In this document: positions 9,481 to 20,036 of the stretch, in pieces
Position numbering within the stretch: the first letter of the stretch is position 1
How the letters are laid out: every line of letters begins with the position of its first letter
NCBI GenBank assembly: GCA_038232435.1
Contig: JBBSHV010000001.1
Coordinates: forward strand, 1-58,487
From: Gemmatimonadales bacterium
GTDB taxonomy: Bacteria; Gemmatimonadota; Gemmatimonadetes; Gemmatimonadales; Gemmatimonadaceae
DNA length: 58,487 nucleotides
Reading direction: 5' to 3'
Program-made: the position numbers and the translations under genes
Notes under the pieces: generated by a model
What the model saw: the letters and a program-made list of their open reading frames with translations, nothing else
Told to the model about the DNA's origin: nothing
Databases searched by the model: none

Positions 9481-9684
9481 ATGGAAGATAAGGATCTGAC
9501 TGAAAAGGGCACCGAGAACTCGGCGAAGGGCAAGATGACCGACGCGAAGGGGAAGATAAAGGATGCGGTCGGCGGCCTGACGGGTGATACGAGCACTCAG
9601 GCTGAGGGAAAGATGGACCAGGCCAAGGGAAAGGCGCAGGATACCCTGGGCAAGGCGCAGCGCAACATGGACGATAAGAGGTAG
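9481..9684 (+). CDS. CsbD-family general stress protein
   Basis: Protein reads MEDKDLTEKGTENSAKGKMTDAKGKIKDAVGGLTGDTSTQAEGKMDQAKGKAQDTLGKAQ, the typical CsbD repeat pattern. AAGGAG lies 7 nt upstream of ATG 9481. The longer ORF from 9424 has no RBS. Confidence 0.8.
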   Translation: MEDKDLTEKGTENSAKGKMTDAKGKIKDAVGGLTGDTSTQAEGKMDQAKGKAQDTLGKAQRNMDDKR

Positions 9685-9717
9685 CGTACTCGCGACTTGG
9701 TACCTGACATATGTCCG

Positions 9718-9748
9718 TCGAGTCCCCTCAGTAAGTGAGGGGACTCGA
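9718..9748. terminator. bidirectional terminator hairpin between convergent csbD-like gene and AI-2E transporter
   Basis: Perfect 13-bp inverted repeat TCGAGTCCCCTCA-GTAAG-TGAGGGGACTCGA in an 81-nt convergent spacer. Confidence 0.6.
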
Positions 9749-9765
9749 TTGCGTCTAAGGGTACC

Positions 9766-11028
9766 TCACATCCCTTCTGCGGCCTCGCCAATCGAGCCGG
9801 TCCCCCGATCCTGAGGGAGGCGGGCGGTTGTCCGCCGTTCGCGTTCGTCGCGCTGCCCCAGGAACTCTCCGACGGCGGCAAGCGACTCGATGTGGTCGCA
9901 GAAAATCTTGAACGTCGCCAGGAGCGGAACCGCGACGAACGCGCCGGCGATTCCCCAGATCCAGAACCAGAAGGCAAGTCCAACGAACAGCGCCACCGGG
10001 TTGAGCGATAGCCGGTGACCCAGGAGCAGCGGGCTGATAAAATTTCCCTGGACCAGGTTGATCAGAAGGAAACTGGCCGGTATGAGCAGCGCATGCGCAA
10101 TGGTATCAAAGGTCGTGAGCGCGGCCACCGATAGAATCACGACCATCGCGAGCGCGCCCAGATACGGGATGAACTCGAACAGGACGACGAGCGCGCCCCA
10201 GAGCGGCGGGTTCGGCATTCCCCACAAATACATCACGCCCGTGACGACCAGGCCCTCGCCGATATTCACCAACGTCGCCGTTAGCAGGTAAGTCGATATG
10301 GACGACTCGGTCTCGCGTGCAATCTGTACTGCCTTCCTCTTCTCGCCCAAGTTAGGCAGCACCTTGATGAGCTTCTGAAGAAAGAGATCACCCGCGGCGA
10401 GCAGAAAGTAGAGGAGGATCAGGACCTCGAGGATGCTCGCGACGGATCGCTGCGTGGTACCGAAGGCGCGCGAGGCCAGGCTGGGTCCCTGGATCACAAC
10501 CTCAGCGGGTTTGGCGGATCCAGTGCTGCCCGCAGCCGCGGCCGCGCCGCTCGCCACCTGCTCGGCCGTTTTGGATGCGCGCTGGATAGGCCTGATGATC
10601 TTGTCGAGCTTTGCCTCCGCCGTCGCCAGCGTCTGCGGAGCGGTGGCTGCCCAGTCCCTAACTGAGCCGGACAGGCCGAAGGCACCGGAGCCCAGGAGAC
10701 CCAGTATGGCGAGGATGATCAGGCCGGCACCCAACGGGGCCGGAATTCGGAACCGTGCGAGCACACGGACGACCGGACTCAAGAGGAAGCTGAGCAATAG
10801 CGCGAACACGATGGGCAACAGAAACTCGCGCGCGAAGTAGATCGTGTATAGAACGGCGAGCACCGTCAGGACGGTGAGGTTGGCGGATCTGCCCCGCAGG
10901 CTTTCGATCGCCGAGCCAGTCTTCGCGAGATCCGGCTCCGCGGCACCTGAGTCAACGGGGATTGCGTCGGCCCTGACGTCGACGTCCGGTGTCAGGATTG
11001 ATTCATCGTTTGCCGCGTTCGTTCTCAT
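9766..11028 (-). CDS. AI-2E family transporter (PerM/UPF0118)
   Basis: 420 aa with multiple TM segments. Typical AI-2E pattern: FAREFLLPIVFALLLSFLLSPVV ... GEGLVVTGVMYLWGMPNPPLWGALVVLFEFIPYLG. Confidence 0.85.
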   Translation of the reverse strand: MRTNAANDESILTPDVDVRADAIPVDSGAAEPDLAKTGSAIESLRGRSANLTVLTVLAVLYTIYFAREFLLPIVFALLLSFLLSPVVRVLARFRIPAPLGAGLIILAILGLLGSGAFGLSGSVRDWAATAPQTLATAEAKLDKIIRPIQRASKTAEQVASGAAAAAGSTGSAKPAEVVIQGPSLASRAFGTTQRSVASILEVLILLYFLLAAGDLFLQKLIKVLPNLGEKRKAVQIARETESSISTYLLTATLVNIGEGLVVTGVMYLWGMPNPPLWGALVVLFEFIPYLGALAMVVILSVAALTTFDTIAHALLIPASFLLINLVQGNFISPLLLGHRLSLNPVALFVGLAFWFWIWGIAGAFVAVPLLATFKIFCDHIESLAAVGEFLGQRDERERRTTARLPQDRGTGSIGEAAEGM

Positions 11029-11252
11029 CGGTCAGCTCGCAGTTGGTGCTTGGTCAGAATCGTACGCCGCTGGACGTGCTGGAGTGTGCACGAAGTTTTC
11101 TGGTTTCGCCAGATACCGCTCGTATGATCTTCTGGAGTGAGGTGAGGGGAGCCTGGCCCAGGGGTTATCTTAACTCCATTACTACTGTTCCTGTGGCGGT
11201 AGTAAGCGTGGTTTCTTAGTTCGCGACAACTGTGCCATGGACAGCGACTTAC

Positions 11253-12581
11253 ATGACCCGTCCCACCGTCTACATAGAAACGTACGGCTGCCAGATGAAC
11301 GTGAGCGACACCGAGCTGATGCTCGGCAAGCTCGCGGCCAGCGGCTACGACGCGGTTCAGAGTCCGGATGGCGCGGATGTGATTCTGGTGAACACGTGCG
11401 CGATTCGGGACCACGCGGAGCAGCGCGTTGTGGGGCGCCTGGGTGAGCTGAAGCGGCACATGACGCCCACATCGATAATGGGTGTAACCGGCTGCATGGC
11501 ACAGCGGCTTGGCCCGGCGCTGCTGGCCAGAACTCCGCACGTCAGTCTCGTCGTTGGTCCGGACGGGTACAGAGCGCTACCGGCCCTTATCGACAACGCG
11601 CGCAACGGCGTGCGATCGGCATCGACCGAATTCGACATGGAAGAGCACTACGAGGATTTTACTCCGCGACGCTTCGACAAGGTCAAGGCGTGGATCCCCG
11701 TTCAGCGCGGCTGCGACTACCGCTGCACCTACTGCATAGTGCCGTACACGCGCGGCGCGGAGCGAAGCCGCGCGCTTGCGGACGTCGTCGCGGAGATCGA
11801 GAGCGTCGTGGAGCAGGGGATGACGGAGATCGTCCTGCTCGGCCAGACGGTGAACTCGTACACCGACGGGATGCACGACTTCGCCGATCTGTTGCGCGCA
11901 GTGGGCGCCATTCCTGGGATGCGACGAGTGCGCTTCACGAGTCCGCACCCAAACGATTTCAGCGATCGCGCAATTGCCGCAATGGCGGATACACCGACGG
12001 TTTGCGAACACGTGCACTTGCCGGTGCAGTCGGGTTCGTCGCGCACGTTGAAGCGGATGCTGCGTCGGTACACGCGGGAGTCGTATCTGGACTGCGTCAA
12101 TCGGCTGCGTGCCGCCATCCCCGGCCTGTCGCTAACCACGGATATCATCGTTGGGTTTCCCGGTGAGACCGATGCTGACTTCGAGGAGACGTTGAGCCTG
12201 GTGCGCGAGGTGTGCTTCGACGACGCCTTCACCTTCAAGTTCTCGCTGCGCGACGGGACGCCGGCAACGCGGTTCCCGGTCAGCGAGGCGATCTCCGATG
12301 ACATCGCGAGTGAGCGTCTCGCGCGTCTCATCGCGACGGTTCGGGAGGGCTCGCGCGCGCGCAATCTCACGCGACTAGGAGAGCGGTGCGAAGTACTCAT
12401 CGAGAAGGAGGCGCGCCGAGGCGGTCTGCTCCAGGCGCGCACGCGCGACTCCAAGACCGTGATTGTCCCGGGCGACGCAACGATGATCGGCGAGTACCAT
12501 CATGTAGAACTGACGGGGACCACGGGTTCGACTTTTACTGGCAGCTTCGTCAGCGCGCGCGTCGCGCTGCCGATGCACTGA
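11253..12581 (+). CDS. miaB: tRNA-2-methylthio-N6-dimethylallyladenosine synthase
   Basis: N-terminus MTRPTVYIETYGCQMN, radical-SAM box CDYRCTYCIVP, and a TRAM-like C-terminus. The ORF track starts at GTG 11232; ATG 11253 fits the MiaB N-terminus better. Confidence 0.9.
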   Translation: MTRPTVYIETYGCQMNVSDTELMLGKLAASGYDAVQSPDGADVILVNTCAIRDHAEQRVVGRLGELKRHMTPTSIMGVTGCMAQRLGPALLARTPHVSLVVGPDGYRALPALIDNARNGVRSASTEFDMEEHYEDFTPRRFDKVKAWIPVQRGCDYRCTYCIVPYTRGAERSRALADVVAEIESVVEQGMTEIVLLGQTVNSYTDGMHDFADLLRAVGAIPGMRRVRFTSPHPNDFSDRAIAAMADTPTVCEHVHLPVQSGSSRTLKRMLRRYTRESYLDCVNRLRAAIPGLSLTTDIIVGFPGETDADFEETLSLVREVCFDDAFTFKFSLRDGTPATRFPVSEAISDDIASERLARLIATVREGSRARNLTRLGERCEVLIEKEARRGGLLQARTRDSKTVIVPGDATMIGEYHHVELTGTTGSTFTGSFVSARVALPMH

Positions 12582-12667
12582 TTTGCGCACACGACGGGAA
12601 CGCTGACCCGAGCGTCAACACCGGAATATGGTAGTGTTGGTCACATCGCTACCATCGGTGGATCGTT

Positions 12668-13840
12668 GTGCCTACAATCGTCTGGGCGGTCGCGGCATTC
12701 GCGTCCGGGTTACTCGCTGGATTCGGTCGGATGTACGTGGCCGCACTCATCGCCACCGCGCTCCTGGCCTGGTGGTCGGCGTATGACATTGCTCCGGCCG
12801 CGAGCCTCTTGTGCCTCGCCGCGGGTTTGATGGCCGGGTTGTCCTCACCGCCGCCGTCAGCGCACTTCGGTGTTCAAATCAGAGCGGATTCGACGCAGTT
12901 CGCGGAACGATCCAGACTACGGGCCGCGTATAACATCGATGTCGCGTTCGGCGACGATGCACCGCTCGCCAAGGCGCTACTCGTCGCTGACCAGAGCGAG
13001 ATTCCACGCGACATCAAGGATCGCTACGCGGACGCCGGAATTGTCCACATGCTCTCGATATCGGGTATGCACGTGACGATCATTGCCGGGTCGGTCCTGC
13101 TAATGCTGCACATCATGCGCTTGCCGACGCGGGTCGCCTCCATCAGCGCGGTTGTAGTGGTGCTCGCGTACGTCTTCATGCTCGGTTTTCCTCCACCCGC
13201 GGTTCGCTCGGCGGTAATGGTATCGGTGGTCGTCGGGTCCAAGGCGTTACAGCGTCACACGTCCCGATGGGCGGCACTCGCGGTGGGCGCCCTAATCCCA
13301 CTCGCTCGCTCGGAGACGGTCACCGATCTGGGTTACCAGTTGAGCGTCGGCGGGATGGCGGCGCTCATTGCCGCTGGCGCGCTCGGTCGGCGATCCGTCA
13401 TCGCAAGCATCCAGGGCTGGCAGGGAAAGTTGGCCCGGGCGCTACTCATCTCCAGCGTTGCCACTCTCGTCACAGCGCCGCTTGTCGCGTCGGCGTTCGG
13501 ACGCTTGAGTGTGGTCGCCCCGCTGACCAATCTTGTTGCGGACCCGGTGTTGGCGCTGGCGCAGCCGATGCTCTTTCTGGCCATGCTGCTCGCTCCGTGG
13601 CCCGCGGCCGCTAGGCTCGTCGCGACGGCGTCGCACCCGCTCCTGGCGGCATTCGACGCCGTTGCGCGCGTGGGGGCCGGAATTCCGTATGCCGCCATTG
13701 CCGTGGAGCCCAGTGCAAGGGTGGCGCTCCTGTTCGGAGTCGCGGCGATTGCCATGGTGGTGGCGTGCGTGAGCCGGTTCCCCGCGCGAGCCGGTCTGGT
13801 CGCGAGCGGCGCCATTGTCGCCGCGGTCTGGTTCGGATGA
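12668..13840 (+). CDS. ComEC/Rec2 family protein, membrane core only
   Basis: 390 aa polytopic membrane protein. Carries the ComEC competence-domain motif DRYADAGIVHMLSISGMHVTIIAG. No recognisable N-terminal DUF4131 or C-terminal metallo-beta-lactamase part. Confidence 0.8.
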   Translation: MPTIVWAVAAFASGLLAGFGRMYVAALIATALLAWWSAYDIAPAASLLCLAAGLMAGLSSPPPSAHFGVQIRADSTQFAERSRLRAAYNIDVAFGDDAPLAKALLVADQSEIPRDIKDRYADAGIVHMLSISGMHVTIIAGSVLLMLHIMRLPTRVASISAVVVVLAYVFMLGFPPPAVRSAVMVSVVVGSKALQRHTSRWAALAVGALIPLARSETVTDLGYQLSVGGMAALIAAGALGRRSVIASIQGWQGKLARALLISSVATLVTAPLVASAFGRLSVVAPLTNLVADPVLALAQPMLFLAMLLAPWPAAARLVATASHPLLAAFDAVARVGAGIPYAAIAVEPSARVALLFGVAAIAMVVACVSRFPARAGLVASGAIVAAVWFG

Positions 13841-14244
13841 AGCTACGCATGAGCGCGTGGGTTAATCTGGTCCGGCGCATCGCAATTGGCGAAAGCCTCG
13901 GCCTACCCGAAGAGTTGGTTGTTGCGTACCCGGTCCTGGGTGAGGCGCGGTGGCGCGAGGGCGGTGTGGCGCTTCGGGTCGGTGGCTGGCTGCTGGGGCA
14001 GCGCACAGTCTCCGGGATCACGCTTGGCTCGACCATCTTTCTCGCTGACGCGAGGCGCTCCTCGCTTCGCTTGTTGCTGCATGAGCTGGGGCACGTCAGA
14101 CAGTTCCAGCGGGACAAAGCTTTCCCCATGCGTTACCTTTGGGAGTCAATTCGCCATGGGTATTCCCGGAATCGGTACGAAGCCGACGCCGACCAGTTCG
14201 CCGAGGGGGTTTTATGGTCAAACACACCGCCACGTCCGTCGTAA
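13837..14244 (+). CDS. small DUF4157-like putative zinc metallopeptidase (HExxH)
   Basis: Lies in the frame of ORF 13765..14244. ATG 13837 overlaps the comEC-like stop (ATGA). The motif [32 protein letters not shown] matches the DUF4157 pattern (x-T-x-G-x-x-I-x-F ... HELxHVxQ). Third-codon positions are GC-rich, consistent with coding. Confidence 0.55.
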   Translation: MKLRMSAWVNLVRRIAIGESLGLPEELVVAYPVLGEARWREGGVALRVGGWLLGQRTVSGITLGSTIFLADARRSSLRLLLHELGHVRQFQRDKAFPMRYLWESIRHGYSRNRYEADADQFAEGVLWSNTPPRPS

Positions 14245-15242
14245 CGATCGAACGTTACATCATCGAGCAGGAGCGGCTCTACCCCGAAGCAACGGGTGAG
14301 CTCTCGGGCTTGCTGTACGATATCGGGCTTGCCGCCAAGATGATCGCGAACAAGGTCCGCATGGCGGGCCTGGCCGACATCATCGGCGCGACCGAGCAGG
14401 AAAACGTGCAGGGCGAGATTCAGCAGAAGCTCGACGTCATCGCGAACGACATCATCGTCAAGGCGATGGATCACGGTGGCCGCCTCTGCGCAATGGCGTC
14501 GGAGGAAGAGCCGGACATTATCCAGATTCCGGACAACTTCCGGTGTGGCAAGTACTGCCTCCTGTTCGATCCGCTAGACGGGTCGTCCAACATCGATGTA
14601 AACGTGCCGGTGGGAACCATTTTCTCCGTGCTGCGGAAAATCACGCGTGGTGCGCGCGGTGAGATGGAAGACATGTTGCAGCCCGGCAGGCGCCAGGTGG
14701 CCGCGGGCTACATTATCTATGGTTCCAGCACCATGATGGTGTACACCACGGGGCAGGGAGTGCATGGGTTCACGCTGGATCCGCAGATTGGTGAGTTCCT
14801 GCTGTCACATCCCAACATTCAGACGCCGACGCACGGTCGCTATCTGTCGGTCAATGACTCATACGAACAGTACTGGGACGAAGACACCCGTGCGCTCATG
14901 CGACGATACCGTGGACTCGACGGAGAGCGCGAACCGATGAACGTGCGCTACGTTGGCTCGCTTGTCGCGGATTTTCACAGAAACCTTCTGGGCGGCGGTC
15001 TCTTCGCGTATCCGGCCAACACCAGGAGCCCGCGGGGCAAGCTACGACTACTGTACGAGGCCAACCCACTCGCGTTTCTAGTTGAACAAGCCGGTGGCTC
15101 GGCCAGCAACGGAACTCACCGCATTCTCGACGTCGAGCCGACTGAGCTGCACCAGCGCACTCCTCTCTTTATGGGGAGCAGGGACGACGTGATCATGGCG
15201 CAGACCATGCTCTCCGCCGCCGCGGGCGCGGGGGCCGCGTAG
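14214..15242 (+). CDS. fbp: class 1 fructose-1,6-bisphosphatase
   Basis: Contains [29 protein letters not shown] and [24 protein letters not shown] 14214 was chosen within ORF 14139..15242. It overlaps the previous gene by 31 nt. Confidence 0.9.
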   Translation: MVKHTATSVVTIERYIIEQERLYPEATGELSGLLYDIGLAAKMIANKVRMAGLADIIGATEQENVQGEIQQKLDVIANDIIVKAMDHGGRLCAMASEEEPDIIQIPDNFRCGKYCLLFDPLDGSSNIDVNVPVGTIFSVLRKITRGARGEMEDMLQPGRRQVAAGYIIYGSSTMMVYTTGQGVHGFTLDPQIGEFLLSHPNIQTPTHGRYLSVNDSYEQYWDEDTRALMRRYRGLDGEREPMNVRYVGSLVADFHRNLLGGGLFAYPANTRSPRGKLRLLYEANPLAFLVEQAGGSASNGTHRILDVEPTELHQRTPLFMGSRDDVIMAQTMLSAAAGAGAA

Positions 15243-15276
15243 AGTCGTTGGGACAGTCGTTGCTACCCGCTTCGAC

Positions 15277-16878
<1,602 letters not shown>

Positions 16879-17014
16879 ACTGCGAGGGTAGGCGAGGTCC
16901 GAGCACGGTCTCTCGGCATGAGCGTCCGCACTGACATTCCTTTCACGGTTACAGCATGGCCGGTTGAGACCGCTGCTGTAACTCCGTAGATTGGAAGGCT
17001 GCACCAGAGCCTAT

Positions 17015-17446
17015 ATGCCTACCTATGAGTTCACGTGCCCCGAGGGGCATGACTTTGAAAAATTCTACCGCTCGATCGGCTCAGCGCCGGCCGAAGTGGC
17101 GTGTCCCGTCTGCGGCAAGATCGCGGAGCGGCAGCTTTCCGCGGGCGCTGGCCTCGTCTTCAAGGGATCCGGTTTCTACATCACGGACTACGGCAAGGAC
17201 GGAAAGAAGGATCAGAACGCGGCCGCCGCGAAGGGGAGCGAGGCAAAGTCCAACGATACAAAGTCCAGCGATGCAAAGTCGTCCGATTCGGCCGGTGCGA
17301 CGGCTTCTTCGGGCGGAGAGTCCAAGGCGGAATCGAAGGCGGGGAGCGAATCGAAGTCTTCATCGGAGCCGGCCGGCCACGCGTCCAAGCCCGCCGAAGC
17401 TGCCGCGCCTGCGCCCACGGCGACGCCCGCAAAGTCTAACGAGTGA
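17015..17446 (+). CDS. FmdB-family zinc-ribbon protein with Ser/Lys/Ala-rich tail
   Basis: Protein begins MPTYEFTCPEGHDFEKFYRSIGSAPAEVACPVCGKIAERQLSAGAGLVFKGSGFYITDYGK, the CxxC...CxxC FmdB motif. The C-terminal ~75 aa are low complexity. Confidence 0.75.
   Translation: MPTYEFTCPEGHDFEKFYRSIGSAPAEVACPVCGKIAERQLSAGAGLVFKGSGFYITDYGKDGKKDQNAAAAKGSEAKSNDTKSSDAKSSDSAGATASSGGESKAESKAGSESKSSSEPAGHASKPAEAAAPAPTATPAKSNE
17244..17288 (+). repeat. three tandem 15-nt in-frame repeats (KSNDT/KSSDA/KSSDS) inside the FmdB-like gene
   Basis: The units are CAAAGTCCAACGATA, CAAAGTCCAGCGATG and CAAAGTCGTCCGATT, read directly. They are followed by looser GAGTCCAAGGCG/GAATCGAAGGCG units. Confidence 0.7.
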
Positions 17447-19053
17447 ATTTCGCCGAGCGCATTCGCGAAGAACTCGGTCAGGCGGCGCTCCGCATTGGTG
17501 CGCCGGCGGATATCGAGCCCGTGCTGGAGCGGCCCCGCGACCCCGCCATGGGCGACTGGGCATCCAATGTCGCGATGCTGCTCGCGCGCCCGCTCAAGCG
17601 TAAGCCGCAGGAAATAGCCGCCGCGCTGCGCGACGAGCTGAGGCTCGGAGAAGCTGGCGTGGACCGGGTCGAGATTGCCGGGCCCGGCTTCATGAATTTC
17701 AGGCTGGATCCGGGCGCGGTCGCCGAGGCACTGCGGACTGTAGTCCAAGCCGACCGGATGTACGGTCGCAGCAACGCGGGGAACGGCTCTCCGGTTGTGG
17801 TCGAATTTGTCTCCGCCAATCCCACAGGCCCGCTGCATGTGGGGCACGGCCGTCAGGCCGCTCTCGGCGACGCGATATCGACGCTGCTCGAGTGGACGGG
17901 CTGGAAGGTCTCGCGCGAGTTCTACTACAACGACGCTGGCGTCCAGATTGAGAATCTGGAGAAAAGCGTGCTTGCGCACATGGGCGCGGCCGGCGGCGAT
18001 ACAGCAATCCCAGAGGGTGGTTACCACGGCGAGTATGTGCGCGAGCTAGCCGACCGATACGACGAAAGTGTCGGCGTGCGTGACTTCGCCGTGCGCGAGC
18101 TGCGCGGCGAACAGGACCTGGATCTGAAGGCGTTCGGCGTGCGCTTCGACACGTACTATCTGGAGTCAAGTCTGTACACCGACGGTAAGGTAGACGAGAC
18201 AGTTCATCGCCTCGTTGTGAATGGCGCGACGTATGAGCACGATGGAGCGCTCTGGCTTCGCACGACCGAATACGGTGACGACAAGGATCGGGTCATGCGT
18301 AAGAGTGACGGGTCGTACACGTACTTCGTTCCAGACGTAGCCTATCACGTTACCAAGTGGCAGCGCGGTTACACTCGCGCCATCAATGTGCAGGGCGCCG
18401 ATCATCACGGCACGACTACCCGCGTTCGCGCGGGGCTGCAGGCACTGGGCATTGGTGTTCCAGAAGGGTATCCCGAGTACGCGTTGCACCAACTCGTGAC
18501 CGTGATCAAGGATGGAGAGGAGGTGAAGATCTCCAAGCGCGCCGGCAGCTACGTCACCGTGCGTGACCTGATCGACTGGGTGGGACGAGACGCTGTACGC
18601 TACTTCTTTCTGATGAGAAAAGGCGACTCTCCGCTCGTGTTCGACGTGGACCTCGCACGAAGGCAGTCCGAAGAGAACCCCGTCTATTACGTGCAGATGG
18701 CGCACGCACGCATGTGCGGAATCTTCCGCGTTGGCGAGATCGACGTGTCCACGTTCGACGTCGCCGGAATAGACCTTTCGGCGCTCACCGAGCCGGAGGA
18801 GCAGTCGCTGATCAAGCAGTTGCTCGAATTCCCAGCGGCTACTGCGTCAGCGGGATCGTCGCTGGAGCCGCACAGGATTACTGCTTATCTGCTGGAAACG
18901 GCACGTCTTGCGCACCTGTGGTATCACAAGCACCACGTTCTGGGCGAGCCGCAACGGATCATGACAGCACGCCTCGCTCTTGCGCGCGGCGTTCAGATTG
19001 TGCTTCGAAACGCTCTCGCGCTGCTCGGCGTATCCGCGCCTGAGCGGATGTAA
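17443..19053 (+). CDS. argS: arginine--tRNA ligase
   Basis: 536 aa. Contains VEFVSANPTGPLHVGHGR (HIGH motif), an ISKRAGSYV (KMSKS-like) motif, and a DALR anticodon-binding C-terminus. GTGA overlap with the upstream stop. Confidence 0.9.
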   Translation: MNFAERIREELGQAALRIGAPADIEPVLERPRDPAMGDWASNVAMLLARPLKRKPQEIAAALRDELRLGEAGVDRVEIAGPGFMNFRLDPGAVAEALRTVVQADRMYGRSNAGNGSPVVVEFVSANPTGPLHVGHGRQAALGDAISTLLEWTGWKVSREFYYNDAGVQIENLEKSVLAHMGAAGGDTAIPEGGYHGEYVRELADRYDESVGVRDFAVRELRGEQDLDLKAFGVRFDTYYLESSLYTDGKVDETVHRLVVNGATYEHDGALWLRTTEYGDDKDRVMRKSDGSYTYFVPDVAYHVTKWQRGYTRAINVQGADHHGTTTRVRAGLQALGIGVPEGYPEYALHQLVTVIKDGEEVKISKRAGSYVTVRDLIDWVGRDAVRYFFLMRKGDSPLVFDVDLARRQSEENPVYYVQMAHARMCGIFRVGEIDVSTFDVAGIDLSALTEPEEQSLIKQLLEFPAATASAGSSLEPHRITAYLLETARLAHLWYHKHHVLGEPQRIMTARLALARGVQIVLRNALALLGVSAPERM

Positions 19054-19118
19054 GCGGCGCGTAGGTGTTGCCCAGTTCGTCCTTTGCGTCTCAATCGTTC
19101 CACTCAATCCCATCCTGA

Positions 19119-20036
19119 ATGTCCGTCCTCGTCGTTGGCTCTGTCGCGCTCGACTCTGTGGAAACGCCCTTCGGCAAAGCTGATGAAGTGCTGGGTGGCT
19201 CGGGCACTTTTTTCTCCGCTTCGGCCAGCCACTTCACCGACGTGCAGCTCGTCGGCGTGGTCGGAAGCGACTATCCGATCGACAAGCTCAGGGAGTTGGA
19301 GCAGCGTAACGTCGATCTGAGTGGGATAGAGAAGATGGACGGTGCGTCTTTCCGCTGGCGCGGCCGGTATCGTCACGATCTCAATTCCGCGGAGACGCTT
19401 GAAACTCATCTGGGCGTGTTCTCCCAGTTTCAGCCGAAGATCCCTGAGAGCTTCGCGAATCCGGACTTTCTCTTCCTTGCCAACATCGATCCACGCTTGC
19501 AACTCAATGTGCTCAAGCAAGTAAAGCGTCCGCGGCTGGTTGCGTGCGACACGATGAACTTCTGGATCGAGAGCCGACGCCCCGAGCTGCTCGAGCTGCT
19601 CGGACACGCGGATCTAGTTACTCTGAACGACGGCGAGGCACGCCAGCTCACGGAGAAGACGAATCTGGTGCAGGCTGCGAAGTGGATCATGCAGCGCGGT
19701 CCCAAGCACGTCATCATCAAGAAAGGCGAGAACGGCGCGTTCCTGTTCCGGCAGGACAACATCTTCTTTGCACCAGCGTATCCGCTGGAGAACGTCTTCG
19801 ATCCCACGGGTGCCGGCGACGCGTTCGCGGGCGGCTTTATTGGATACCTCGCGCGCACCGGCGACCTGAGCGAGACGGGCATGCGGCGATCCATGATCTA
19901 CGGCTCGGCCATGGGCTCCTTCGCCGTGGAGCGCTTCTCCATCGAACGACTGATGACGGTCACGCACGAGGAGATCGAGCAGCGAGTGCGCGACTTCAAG
20001 CAGTTGGTCGCATTCGACGAGGAGATGCCTGGGTGA
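19119..20036 (+). CDS. PfkB-family carbohydrate kinase
   Basis: 305 aa. N-terminus VVGSVALDSVETPFG and the PfkB signature DPTGAGDAFAGGFIGYL near the C-terminus. Confidence 0.8.
   Translation: MSVLVVGSVALDSVETPFGKADEVLGGSGTFFSASASHFTDVQLVGVVGSDYPIDKLRELEQRNVDLSGIEKMDGASFRWRGRYRHDLNSAETLETHLGVFSQFQPKIPESFANPDFLFLANIDPRLQLNVLKQVKRPRLVACDTMNFWIESRRPELLELLGHADLVTLNDGEARQLTEKTNLVQAAKWIMQRGPKHVIIKKGENGAFLFRQDNIFFAPAYPLENVFDPTGAGDAFAGGFIGYLARTGDLSETGMRRSMIYGSAMGSFAVERFSIERLMTVTHEEIEQRVRDFKQLVAFDEEMPG

Noticed and set aside
11152-11162. Palindrome CCTGGCCCAGG in the divergent AI-2E transporter / miaB spacer as a possible operator
   Set aside because: It is a single short GC palindrome in a GC-rich genome with no second copy nearby. 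That is insufficient evidence for a binding site.
19544-20032. Upstream extension of the purM ORF (514-aa version)
   Set aside because: It overlaps the PfkB kinase gene in another frame and is Arg-rich. The PurM homology begins right after GTG 20033.
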